Below the pieces are notes generated by a model. The model saw nothing but the letters and a program-made list of their open reading frames with translations. It made no database searches and had not been told where the DNA came from. Shown piece by piece: positions 44,700 to 54,854 of a stretch of 64,000 bases of DNA. Made by a program: the position numbers and the translations under genes. The stretch comes from an uncultured delta proteobacterium (GTDB lineage Bacteria > Myxococcota_A > Polyangia > Polyangiales > Polyangiaceae). The stretch lies in NCBI GenBank assembly GCA_963696385.1, contig CAVOKF010000006.1:192001-256000 (forward strand). The letters run 5' to 3'. Numbering within the stretch: position 1 is the first letter of the stretch; every line of letters begins with the position of its first letter.

Positions 44700-44882
44700 C
44701 TGGACCGTCCCAATTTTGGAAAATGCTCGGCGTGGCGCTGGCCTTTCGAGCCGACGCGCCAGAGGCCGTCACTTCCTTCTGACCTGCACGACGGACGGAG
44801 CGGACATGGCTCCACTGCGCCCAAAAGCCAGCGGCCGCTGTGAGCACGGCCGCGACTGAGAATGCATACTGAAGCGCGAGGA

Positions 44883-45317
44883 TCATTTGCCCGCCTTGCC
44901 TTCGGAAGACCTAGCCACGTGCCAAGGTCCGAGCGGTTCTTTGAGTGTGACATGAACGTACCATCTGTCGACGGTAAACGCGCCGATGTTTAGGGCCATC
45001 GCCGCCAAGAGAAAGATCCTCGCGCGCCTTCCCAGGTCCATATTTTCTCGGACATCGAGCCCAACCCCACGCATGGCAAGCATAAATACGCCCGTGACGA
45101 GACCCAGAACGAGGATGACCGGCACTGCGCAGGATGCGCCGAGGATGAACGTGTATAACGGAGCCACGACGATCAGGGATTGATCCCTGACCCTCGACTT
45201 CATCGCCCATTCGACGGCGAGTGGCGCCAGCGGCAGCACCACTTGCAGCAGCAGAGCGATCGTAAAGATCGAGATGGGGTTCGTTTCGGATAGATCCGGG
45301 CTATCGCCCCCGACCAT
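44883..45317 (-). CDS. hypothetical membrane protein
   Basis: About four TM segments; likely followed by the small TM ORF 44647-44886. Confidence 0.55.
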   Translation of the reverse strand: MVGGDSPDLSETNPISIFTIALLLQVVLPLAPLAVEWAMKSRVRDQSLIVVAPLYTFILGASCAVPVILVLGLVTGVFMLAMRGVGLDVRENMDLGRRARIFLLAAMALNIGAFTVDRWYVHVTLKEPLGPWHVARSSEGKAGK

Positions 45318-45384
45318 TCGAGCATGGTGAACACGCCCCCTCCCCTTCGGTCAAGCGCGTCGTCCGTCGTGTCGCGGCGGAACG

Positions 45385-45591
45385 CTAGGTCGCCTTTGCG
45401 CGCCATGGCGACGAAGCCGTAGCGAGCAATATTTCGCGGGCCCACTGCGTCACCGGCTTGCCGTCGCGCTCCGCGGCCGCCGTGATCTCGTCCCGTTCCT
45501 TCGGGCTGATTCGGATCTTGAAGAAGACGTCCCGCACGTCCTCCTCCGCCAAGGGCGGCCGGCCCATCCTGGCCTTCTGCGCCGCGCTCAC
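45385..45591 (-). CDS. small ribbon-helix-helix/MobC-like DNA-binding protein
   Basis: MGRPP..KIRISPKERDEITAAAERDGKPVTQWAREILL; GTGA overlap with the transposase stop. Confidence 0.65.
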   Translation of the reverse strand: MSAAQKARMGRPPLAEEDVRDVFFKIRISPKERDEITAAAERDGKPVTQWAREILLATASSPWRAKAT

Positions 45592-46200
45592 TGCGCCCCG
45601 TTCGACGCCCGGGCTGCGTCCAGAAGCTCGCCCATCGTCCACAAGGTGGTCGACAGACCCGCCGCCATCGCCGGCGTAGCGCGCAGCGTGGAGTGAACGC
45701 GAACGAAGTTGTAGTGGGCGAAGTGAAGCGCGATGGCCGCGCCATGGTTCTCCAGCTTCTTCGAGTGCCCGTTCGTGAGGCGCGTGAATCGGCGCATCGA
45801 CATGCGCATCGTGACGTTCTGGCGCTCCACGAAGCTCGTGGAGACAAGCTCCTCGACGGGCGCGCCGAACACGGGCGTCTTGAGCGTGGCAGTGACTTTG
45901 GTAGGCGAATAACGACCAGGGCCCGCGGCTTCTGCCTCGTATTCTTTTACGATGGTCGCGTAGTCGACGCCCTCGAACGCAGCGCCAATCGCGTCCGCGC
46001 ACATGCGGAGGTAGCGAAGGCGCGAGGCGAGATCGCCGATGAACGTGTTTGTCGTCTCGACGTTGCGCTTGCCCGTGAGGAAGCACGGAACGAGCTTGGT
46101 CTCCGCGTCGATCGCCACGTAGGTCCACGTATCGCCGACGCGTGACGCATCTTCGCTCGCGCCCACGCGGCGCTGCTTCTTCTGCACGAAGGCCCACTGG
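45588..46200 (-). mobile_element. IS1-family (DDE) transposase, N-truncated with internal deletion
   Basis: WAFVQKK..WTYVAIDAETKL..STSFVERQN..RRFTRLTNGHSKK..YNFVRVH..TPAMAAG. Confidence 0.8.
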
Positions 46201-47130
46201 CTACACTCGGGCTCACCGCAGCGGTCGCCGCGATCGCACTCGCTCGCAGCCGGCGGCCCGATCCCGACGCGTATTGGCCGTCGCTTCCGGTCGTGGGGAC
46301 ACTCGCCGTCGATGTTCCCATCGATCTGCCGGACCGGCGACGGCTGACCTTGGCACCGGACGCCTGCAAACCTCTTGCATGGGGACCCGGCGACGAGGGC
46401 TCGGCGCCCGGCTGCCGCCTGAGCGGGATTCGATCCCCTTGCGTGATGTGCGCAACGCTGACCGTCCGACACGACGCCCTCTCCGACTTTTACTGGCTCT
46501 TCGGCGAGGGGAGGCGCCCAGCGCTCGTGTTTAAGGGAACCGACGTCGAAGCCCGCAAGGTGGTTCGCGTTCGTGACCTCGCGGGGGTCTTGGGTCCTCC
46601 CATCGCGTGGACACTGGGGGCCGCCTTCGGCGTGGCGATGGCCGGTGCGCTCGCCCTCGGCGCCCGCGGGATCGAGCGGGGCAGAGCCTCACTCGTCGCG
46701 GAAGCCGAAGCGCGCTCCGAGGGCGAAGCGCGCTCGGCGGACGAAGCAGCTGAGCTGCTCGACCTTCGCGCGGCACGCCTCTACGCGCTGGCCGCGACGA
46801 CGTGTGTGCTGTGCGCCGGCCCCTTGATCATCGGGGCGGCGCTCGGGCAATGGTGACTCCATCGAGTCAACGAGCACGCGATCGGCCAAGGCGCTCCTCG
46901 TAGAGTTCGTCACGGCTGATCTTGGGCTGCGACCAGGCAAGGCTGGTCCGAAAGGAGTAGGGAGATGCGGTAACTACGAAATTCGGAGAAGTCGTCCAGC
47001 GGGTGCGAAGCCCGTCCGACCAAGGAATAGCCCGCCAGGTCGGTAGCGAGCCTTGCGACGTCGTCGGCAACGACGGTGGCGATGCGTAGGCGCGCGAGCA
47101 TGTGGGCCGCGGCAATCCAGCCTCGAAATA

Positions 47131-47415
47131 GGCCTCCTTAGGCGAATTTGTGGGTGAGCCAATCGGGCTCGGGAAGGTTTCCGAGCGCGTGATAGAGGGC
47201 GATCTCGGCGTGTTCGTAGGTTCGGAAACCGTGGGCTTTTCGTGTCGTGATTCGAGCTTTATTATTGAATCCCTCGACGGCGCCGAGCGGGAGGAGCTTG
47301 CGGGCCTTGAACCAGTTCAAGATGAGCGGCTTGTGTTTGCGTAAGGGGGCGGCGAACTTCTTGAACGGGGGTAGCCGCGAGCGCATGGCCATGGTGGTCC
47401 ACCGGCCGAGGAAGC
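47131..47415 (-). mobile_element. ISL3-family transposase C-terminal remnant with right end
   Basis: SRLPPFKKFA..ILNWF..GAVEGFNNKARITTRKAHGFR..THKF; ends ..GGAGGCC. Confidence 0.8.
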
Positions 47416-47751
47416 TCCATCCGCGCTCGAAGACTGGGCGGGCACCACGATGCGGGGCCGAAATACATCCGCCAGGTATCGCCGTGCTCGCGGGCAATGA
47501 GCACGTCGAGGAAGGGCAATCGTTCGACCATGGGCGCGTAGGATACCATCAGCGCCACGCCTCCGGCGTGTGTTGACTCGCGCGTGACTGACCCAGTCCA
47601 CAGGCGGTGTCGCGAGCACTCGGTCGAGGTGCGTGTCGCGATCGCCCCACACGACGAGCGTCGGGAGACCGCTAGGGCCGCGTCCCTACGTCGGGCATCG
47701 AAGGCCCAAGGGTTGAGCTCGTTTGCGAATTTTCTCCTCCTAGCGTTAGCG

Positions 47752-48068
47752 TTAGCGACGCTCCGCCCAGTAGCCCGGCCGGCGCTTCCCGTGGGCGATT
47801 GCGAGAACGATCGCAGTGCCCGGCCGCACGTAGAAAAAGACCACGTAGGGCAAGGGCGGCGGCAGGACCGCACGCCGGACCAGGTAGACGAGGGGCCGCG
47901 CATTCGGCACGGCGAGCAAGCCATGCTCGGGGAACTGGCTTCGACGCAATCGAAGATGCCATCTACGACGCGACGAAACCGGAGTGCCGCGCGTGGGTCG
48001 CGCATGCGACGGACAACCTGCCGGCGCTCTTCTCGTGCGTCGGGGTGAAGCCGGAGCGGCGTCGTCAA
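47752..48068 (-). pseudogene. RelE/ParE-family toxin, frameshifted
   Basis: LHPDAREE / RRAVL..PYVVFF..VLAIAHGKRRPGYW. Confidence 0.7.
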
Positions 48069-48078
48069 TCGTCGTCGC

Positions 48079-48279
48079 TCACCAGAACTCCTCGCGGGTG
48101 AGGAGCTTCACTTCGCCGCGCTCGATCTGAGCCATCCGGTGCGAGAGCTCGTCATTCCAGGCAGCAGTCCATTCCGTCTCGTCGAGCTCGTCGCCGCCGA
48201 GCTTCGCACGAAGCTCGGAGCGCTCGTCCTCCGTCAATTCCGACACCAGGTCGAGAACGGCTCGGACGCGCGGCGACAT
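48079..48279 (-). CDS. addiction-module antitoxin component
   Basis: LTEDERSEL..AWNDELSHRMAQIERGEVKLLTREE; directly upstream of the toxin. Confidence 0.75.
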   Translation of the reverse strand: MSPRVRAVLDLVSELTEDERSELRAKLGGDELDETEWTAAWNDELSHRMAQIERGEVKLLTREEFW

Positions 48280-48299
48280 ACTCCTAGCGTGGCTCTGAA

Positions 48300-48520
48300 G
48301 GGCGGCGGCGTCCAGTCCAATAGCGGGAGTGCGGGAACGTACGAGACGGGCTGGGATGCGGCGGACTGGAACACGTGTATCGCAACGGGCCCTGGCGCGG
48401 TGAGCACGTGGAACACGAACCTCAGCAGCGATGGCCCACTTCAAGGAAGCTTTTTTCCTGATGGGCAAGCGACGTGGACGAGCGCAGCCGGCAGTCAGGA
48501 GACCGGCTTTCCTGTCACAT
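48300..48520 (+). pseudogene. orphan internal fragment of an FGE-sulfatase paralogue
   Basis: NSGSAGTYETGWDAADWN..IATGPGAVSTW..TWTSAAGSQE matches the genes at 53.6-56.2 kb. Confidence 0.85.
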
Positions 48521-48830
48521 CCGTCGCCATCGTGCCGTTGCAGGTTGACCTGAAAGCCGTGTGGGATCTGCGCGATCCGACGCTTCTGAGTGCGCTCAAA
48601 GTCACTCCGACGGACGTCGCCTTCAACTTCCGCTCGCTTCCTCGCGGGGCCGGTCCGACCGACATGCAGAGGCTCGGGGAAACCCTGGCCGCAAGCTTCC
48701 GCGTGGACGGCCTCCTCTACGGATCGCTCGCTCGCAACGGGAGCACCTGTCTCGCGATCTTTGAGGCGTCCCTGGCGGCGCTCGCCTCGCCCGTGGAAGT
48801 GAATGACCCGCCGGACCGCCTTCCGCAAGT
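48520..48830 (+). pseudogene. RES-domain toxin C-terminal fragment
   Basis: VWDLRD..QRLG..DGLLYGS..CLAIF. Confidence 0.6.
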
Positions 48831-48853
48831 CGACGCGTGCTATCCCTGTCGCC

Positions 48854-49357
48854 ATGAACCGGGCAACGTGGGTCATCGGTGCTCTGTCCGCCGCCATGGC
48901 TTTCGGGTGCGGCAAGACCGACGCGAACCGCAACTCGGCTACGGCGGCGTCTGCGCCTGCCGGTGGCTGCAGCCAGCATGCGGTTTGCGCCGACCACTAT
49001 TTCATCGACACCGTAGCTCCGGACCATTGCGCGGCGGGAGCCGAGTGCACTCTTTCGATCAAGCTCGGCGCGATGGGTGCATTTCACGTGAACGACGAGT
49101 ACCCCTACAAGTTCAAGGCGGACTTGGCACCCGGCGTACAGTTCGTCGGGACGGACCCGGCCGGCCAGAATGTCTTTTCGAAGCCAGCCGGAAACTGGCT
49201 CAAGGTCGACGACAAAAGTGGCCTGCTGAGCGTCAAGTTCTTCGTGGGCACGCCCGGGGAGCAAACCATCGCAGGCACCTTCAAGTTGAGCGTCTGCTCT
49301 GCCGCGAACTGTCTTCTCGAGGAGCGACCGCTGCACGCCCGCATCGTCGCGCTGTGA
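48854..49357 (+). CDS. hypothetical lipoprotein
   Basis: AFGC lipobox; FHVNDEYPYKF..GTFKLSVCSAANC. Confidence 0.75.
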   Translation: MNRATWVIGALSAAMAFGCGKTDANRNSATAASAPAGGCSQHAVCADHYFIDTVAPDHCAAGAECTLSIKLGAMGAFHVNDEYPYKFKADLAPGVQFVGTDPAGQNVFSKPAGNWLKVDDKSGLLSVKFFVGTPGEQTIAGTFKLSVCSAANCLLEERPLHARIVAL

Positions 49358-49400
49358 GGTTTAGGCGCGCGCGCCCGTGACCTCGGATCCGGCACGGTTG

Positions 49401-50543
49401 TTACTGGCAGCCGATGCGGGTGTCGTCGATGGCCAGATCGTCGAACCAGATCACGAAGGGGCTCAAGATGGTTCCGTTCTGCTGATACCAAGTGGCCCCG
49501 ACCACGACCGCCGTGTAATCGGACATCGTGGAATTCGCGTTCCCACTAAAAGCCAGAGCCGTGACCTCCGTGGAATCGTAGAAGAAGCGGTAGCTCTCGG
49601 TCGCGACATCGACCCACCATTCGGCACAGTGCCAATTGGACGCTCCGGTATCCGGACTGTCGAACGTATAGTCGTACGCTGAGTTGGTGCAGCACTTATC
49701 GGTAGGGATATTGAAGAGCCATTGGTACTCGCCCTGCATGTTTTCGACGATGTCGACGACGCGATTTTCGCCGCTCGGACCGATGAGGGACGTCCAGGTG
49801 ACGTGGAGCACGGTGTTCGTAGGAGTCTTTTGCACCGCCGGCGAGGGCTCCTGGACTTTATAAAAGATCCGCCCCCAGTGGGTGTAGGCCGTGGCGCCGA
49901 TGGGCGTGAGACTCCTTTGCGCCCTCGTTTGGCCCCGTTCCATCGAGTCGCTCTTGAGCGACATCTTGCCCGAATGCGCCTCGTCGTCGGCGAGGGCGAC
50001 GTCGGTGGCCCCAGCGGTGCCATAGCCCGCGTACTTGGTCCACATGGGCCCGAGGCTTCCGACCGTCCCAGTTTCGAAGTCCTCGCAGAGCTTGTACGTT
50101 TTCCCTGTGCATCCCGTTGCTGCGACGCTGCCGTAAACGGCCGCGCCGGAATCCGAATCGCTGGTCGCTGGGCCGGCATCCGACTCCGCCTGCGCATCCG
50201 GCTCGCCGCTCGAAGAGCTGCTGGCGCTGCTCGACCCGTTGCTCGACGTGCTGCTGCTGGACGTCGCCGAACCAGAGCTCGACGGGGCGACGGAGCTCGA
50301 GCTCGACGATCCGGGGCTCAGCGGCGAGGAGGACGAGGAGCTCGAACTCGGGGTCACGCTGCTGCTCGACGACGCGCTTTGCGGAGTCGTTGCGGACGAG
50401 CTGGTTGTCGCCTTCGAAGCTCCCGACGAGCATCCGGGATCGACCAGCAGCACCCACAGGCCCGCCATCGCGAGCGGGCTGAGGCGCACCCCGAGCGAGC
50501 GGCGGCCGGTACAAGCACGGGCGGGGGTGAAACTCATGCGCAT
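49401..50543 (-). CDS. secreted Ser-rich protein with Cip1-like/polysaccharide lyase-like beta-sandwich
   Basis: LCEDFETG..AHSGKMSL..HWGRIFY..WHCAEW..IWFDDLAIDDTRIGC. Confidence 0.7.
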   Translation of the reverse strand: MRMSFTPARACTGRRSLGVRLSPLAMAGLWVLLVDPGCSSGASKATTSSSATTPQSASSSSSVTPSSSSSSSSPLSPGSSSSSSVAPSSSGSATSSSSTSSNGSSSASSSSSGEPDAQAESDAGPATSDSDSGAAVYGSVAATGCTGKTYKLCEDFETGTVGSLGPMWTKYAGYGTAGATDVALADDEAHSGKMSLKSDSMERGQTRAQRSLTPIGATAYTHWGRIFYKVQEPSPAVQKTPTNTVLHVTWTSLIGPSGENRVVDIVENMQGEYQWLFNIPTDKCCTNSAYDYTFDSPDTGASNWHCAEWWVDVATESYRFFYDSTEVTALAFSGNANSTMSDYTAVVVGATWYQQNGTILSPFVIWFDDLAIDDTRIGCQ

Positions 50544-50829
50544 TTGCGGACACTCCCCTCGCTCCTGCAGTTGCGTGGATCGACCGTTTCGGCTCAGAGA
50601 TGGGCACGACTTGCCCCGTGCCGATGACAATCCTACGGCAAATGCGGGACCGTCGCGGAAACGCTTACGCTTGCCCTCGGATTCTCGACTTCGCGCTCGC
50701 GGCCGCCCGCGGCGGCCTGGGAATGCGAATGGCGAAGCGACGGCGGGGAGGGCTTTCCCGGAAAACTCCGCCGTCCGCAGAAATCTTGCCCGGGTGCGGA
50801 ATCCACCGCTTCCCAACACGTTCGGCGCC

Positions 50830-50929
50830 CTAGTACCTCGATTCCGCGGAATGGAAGGGTCGTTTTCCGCGATATTCCCGACGGGATCGGGTGGTCTCAC
50901 CCCTCCGTTTCATGGAATCGGGGTACTAG
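50830..50929 (-). mobile_element. 100-bp MITE, copy 2
   Basis: Exact reverse complement of 33462-33561. Confidence 0.9.
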
Positions 50930-52115
50930 TAGCCGTTCCGTGAAGAAATTTCGATCGCCGATTCCCTTGGGGACTCGCCGCGAACAGGCCAAGGGCCAGG
51001 GCCCTCTGCGATCGGCTCACGAAGGTGTGAGAGGTCGTCCATCTTGGCAATTCAGCATCGGGTTTCTTTCCCTTCCACTCGCCACCGGGAACCATTTCGC
51101 TTGAGGCTCGTGGAAGTCTCTTATCACTTTGAGCATTTCTGCACCGTTGCTGTCGTGCTCTGCAAATCGCATTGAGATTCGAAATACGATTCCAAAGATA
51201 TTTATGTGTCGCTTCGAAGCAATGCTCCGAGAGCAGTGCGAATCCTGTGACATGGGCCCTCGGTCCTCGATCGTCCTGAATGACCAAAGGGCTCGCAAGG
51301 TTCTCAGGCAGCCGGGTCCCCGCCGCGGCCGCATCCGCCGAAAAATGGTCGCGGCCGTGGCCGTTTGGGCGAGTGCGGGCGACGCCGCCGCAGCGCGCGG
51401 GACGGCCCCCTTCGCGACGATCCGCCCAAGCCGTCGCACGCCCAATCGCGAGGGAAACCGCGGGCAGATCGGCCCGAACCGCCTTGTCCCCAGCGCGGGA
51501 AAAAGGTGAGTATCCTTGGCTCCCCGAAGCGGCTCACCCCGAAGCGAAGGGGCGACCGGCGGCCCGCCTCGTCGCGCCCGCAGCTCAGGCTTGCCACGAC
51601 GTTCGCAGGATGCGGGGAGTCGCCCGATAGGGGTGACCAACAGCTCTGAAGTATACTGCCCGAAGCCAAGGGGGTCCGCCGGGCGGTGTACTTCAATCGC
51701 CGGGAGGCCATTGGGGGTTTGGGGACGAAGCCCCAAGGAAATCATCTTCTTCGTACAGCGTCAGCGGGCAACGCAGGCGTACCCAGCGGAGCTCGCGTAC
51801 CGTTCAACGGGGCGCGGTACTAAGCGGGAGTGCAAGCTCGAGGGTATAGAGAGGAGAGACGTGCCCGTCGGGTGGCGCGCGAACAAGGAGCGATCTTCGC
51901 GAAACGCCGTTATACGGGTACACTAGAATTCGATGGTCCGACAGGAACCAGCGACCCAACTAGGGGCGATTCGTCTCGGGCTAAGGCGCTGCGCGAAGAA
52001 GCGATTGACCTTGCTCGGTAGGGGATTCCGTCCGATACTACCGGCCAAGTCGCTCGTCTGGTTGTCATTGGCCAGATTGGATTGCACACTGGGACTCACG
52101 AGGTTAGGTCATAAA

Positions 52116-53234
52116 ATGCGATTCATCATCTCCCGCAGGGTTCCGTCGGCTTCCGCGTCCATGATGGTGTCGATGGTAACGGCTATCGTCGCATGCTCAT
52201 CCGGAGGCAACGTCATCGTCACTCCCCCGACCACGGACAGTGCGGGGTCCTCGGCGAACAACATGCCCACGTCCCTGGTCATGGGGACGGGCGCGAGCTC
52301 CAGCAGCAACCCGACATCCGCAGCGAGCTCCGTCGCGCCGAGCGCCGGATCGAGCTCGAGCAACCCAACCGTCGCAAGTGGCTCGAGCGCGAGCACCTCG
52401 GCGGGCGGGGGTCTCGACGACGGCGGAGCCGGTGGCGCGGGTACGGGCACCGGTACGGGGACCGGCACGGGCTCGGCCACGGGCACAGCCCCCGCGGGCG
52501 ACGCGGGCCAGGGGGGTCCGTCGCTGTGCGATACGGCCAAGATGCCTCCGATTTCGGCCACGATCTGCGATGGATTCGAGACCACGCCCTACGCGTTCAC
52601 GTCGGACCCGGCGGGGGCCATGACCGCGGACACGACGCAGTTTTACCGGGGTAAGACGTCGATGAAGTTCTCGTCGAGTTCGATGGCGTACTTGACCGAG
52701 ACGTCGACGTTTATGCAGGGCGCCGCTGCGACGAAGACGGCCAACAACAATTTTTGGGGTCGGTATTGGTTCTTGAGCGATGTCGCCACGACCGCGGCGG
52801 TCCCGCAGTCTCATGCCGTGTTTGGCACCATGATGGGAACCGATACCTCGAACGCGCAGGCGGATGCCTTTCACTTCGTAGGTGGTTCGCGAGGCAAGCT
52901 GCAAACGCAAATCGAGTTTGCCGGCGACGTGTTCAGCGACAACGAAAAAACTCCTGCGGCTACCGACCCGAGCTTTCCGCTCATGTCGGACGGTTGGCAA
53001 TGCTGGGAGTGGCAACTCACGGATGCCGACACGTACACATTCTATATCAATGGCGTGGCAATCCCGGAGATGGGAATCGTCGCCGGAAAGGGTACGAACA
53101 ACGGAGGGAACTTTTCTCCGCTGCCGACCGTCACCGAGCTCGAGATCGGATGGCAGTACTTCGGCACCGGCTTGTATGCCGGGTGGATTGACGAGGTCGC
53201 CGTCGGCCCGAATCGCATCCCGTGCGGCGATTAG
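52116..53234 (+). CDS. secreted lipoprotein with Cip1-like domain
   Basis: IVAC lipobox; ICDGFE..FWGRYWF..WQCWEW..WIDEVAVGPNRIPC. Confidence 0.7.
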   Translation: MRFIISRRVPSASASMMVSMVTAIVACSSGGNVIVTPPTTDSAGSSANNMPTSLVMGTGASSSSNPTSAASSVAPSAGSSSSNPTVASGSSASTSAGGGLDDGGAGGAGTGTGTGTGTGSATGTAPAGDAGQGGPSLCDTAKMPPISATICDGFETTPYAFTSDPAGAMTADTTQFYRGKTSMKFSSSSMAYLTETSTFMQGAAATKTANNNFWGRYWFLSDVATTAAVPQSHAVFGTMMGTDTSNAQADAFHFVGGSRGKLQTQIEFAGDVFSDNEKTPAATDPSFPLMSDGWQCWEWQLTDADTYTFYINGVAIPEMGIVAGKGTNNGGNFSPLPTVTELEIGWQYFGTGLYAGWIDEVAVGPNRIPCGD

Positions 53235-53573
53235 GGTTCTGAGACGCGCTGCGCGCTACTCCAGCCCGAACGCGAAAAGGAGCGCCGAGTCGAGTCTCGC
53301 AAGCTTGGCGCCGCCGAGCGCCCCCGCCTACGCCACCAGGTCGCCCTTCGGAATCGTCACGAGCCAGTCGCAGTTCACGACGCCGTCGCGCGGCAACGCC
53401 CTCGAGGCGTCCGAGCTTCACCTCCACTGCGTAGCCTCGCACGGTCGTCGGCGTGGGGGCAATCATCACGAGCGCCCGCACGTGGGCTTCGTCGCGCGAG
53501 ACCAGAACGACGGGACGCAGCCAGGGCGTGGCAATCCTTGCGATCGCGTCGGCTCACCGGCTACGATTTCGCC

Positions 53574-54854
53574 ATGAGGATGGGCGGGGCAGGATGGAAA
53601 GCGATGATGCGGACGGTGACCGTCGCCGCGTCGGTCGTTTCCGTCGTGAATGGCTGCGGGGGCAGAACGCGGGACGGCGCGTCGAGATCCCCTGCGGCTC
53701 AGGCAACCAGTTCGACCGCTACCGCGAGCTTTTCCTCCAGCGAGACCCCTGGGACGGCGGTGCGGCCGCTTCGAGCCGCTCGAGCGCCTCCAGTTCGAAT
53801 CTCTTCGACCTCCGCGAGCGGTGCGTCGGATTTGGCGAACCTCCCGCCGAGTTGCCAGCCGGGTGGCCCGGGCATGACCAACTGCGGCCCGGCAGGAAGC
53901 GGCAACGAGAGCTGCTGCACCAGCCTGGAGGTTCCGGGTGGGACGTACTATCGAACGTACGACCCCGTCGATGAGGACGGGGGCGTGCTCCTTGCGGCCG
54001 ATGGCGGTGCGACGGGCTTAGCCGATCCGGCAACCGTGAGCGGATTTCGCCTGGACAAGTACCTCGTGACGGTCGGACGGTTCCGGCAGTACGTGAACTA
54101 TGTGACGAGCACCACCGGCGCCCCACCCGCCAACGGCAGCGGCATCCACACTCACTTGAATGGAGGCCTTGGCCTCGCCAACAGTGCGAGCCCGGGGACG
54201 TACGAGACCGGATGGGACGCGACGGATTGGGACGAGGACATCGAGACGGAGCCTAGCGAGGCGGGCACGTGGGATGAGTACCTGAGTTGCACCGCGAATA
54301 CGGTCCAACCAACCGACGACGGGACGTGGACGAGCACTCCGGGTGCCCAAGAAAACCTGCCAATCACCTGTGTCCTCTGGCAATGGGCGTACGCGTTCTG
54401 TATTTGGGACGGCGGCTTCTTGCCGAGCGAAGCGGAGTGGGGGTACGCGGCGGCTGCGGGAAATCAGCAGCGAGAGTACCCCTGGGGTTCGGCGGATCCC
54501 GGTACGGGCAACCAATATGCCATTCAAGACCTCTCGGCCTTTCCGACGGGTCTCGCGTCGGTGGGCATGGCGCCTCTGGGAGCCGCCTATTGGGGGCAGC
54601 TCGACATGGCTGGGGAAGTCGCCGAGTGGGTGCTCGATGCGCTTGCGGTTGTCGACGCGGGGCGTGGGGCCAGTGAGGGCGCTCCCTATTTCAACCCGTG
54701 CACCAATTGCGCCTATCTGGAAACTGGCCCCCTGTTTGGATTCCAGAGGACGCGGGGTGGCAGCGTCAGCTTGTTCTCCGCTGCACGCATTGACACGCCC
54801 CCGCCCAATGTCTCTCAACCGAGCATTGGCTTCCGGTGCGCGAGAACGCCGTGA
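53574..54854 (+). CDS. FGE-sulfatase (SUMF1/C-type lectin fold) lipoprotein
   Basis: FRLDKYLVTVGRF, LPSEAEW, YPWG, DMAGEVAEW and GFRCAR motifs. Confidence 0.9.
   Translation: MRMGGAGWKAMMRTVTVAASVVSVVNGCGGRTRDGASRSPAAQATSSTATASFSSSETPGTAVRPLRAARAPPVRISSTSASGASDLANLPPSCQPGGPGMTNCGPAGSGNESCCTSLEVPGGTYYRTYDPVDEDGGVLLAADGGATGLADPATVSGFRLDKYLVTVGRFRQYVNYVTSTTGAPPANGSGIHTHLNGGLGLANSASPGTYETGWDATDWDEDIETEPSEAGTWDEYLSCTANTVQPTDDGTWTSTPGAQENLPITCVLWQWAYAFCIWDGGFLPSEAEWGYAAAAGNQQREYPWGSADPGTGNQYAIQDLSAFPTGLASVGMAPLGAAYWGQLDMAGEVAEWVLDALAVVDAGRGASEGAPYFNPCTNCAYLETGPLFGFQRTRGGSVSLFSAARIDTPPPNVSQPSIGFRCARTP

Noticed and set aside
48139..49380. 413-aa FGE-RES fusion protein
   Set aside because: Chance in-frame join of an antisense stretch and two gene fragments, overlapping a real lipoprotein gene in another frame
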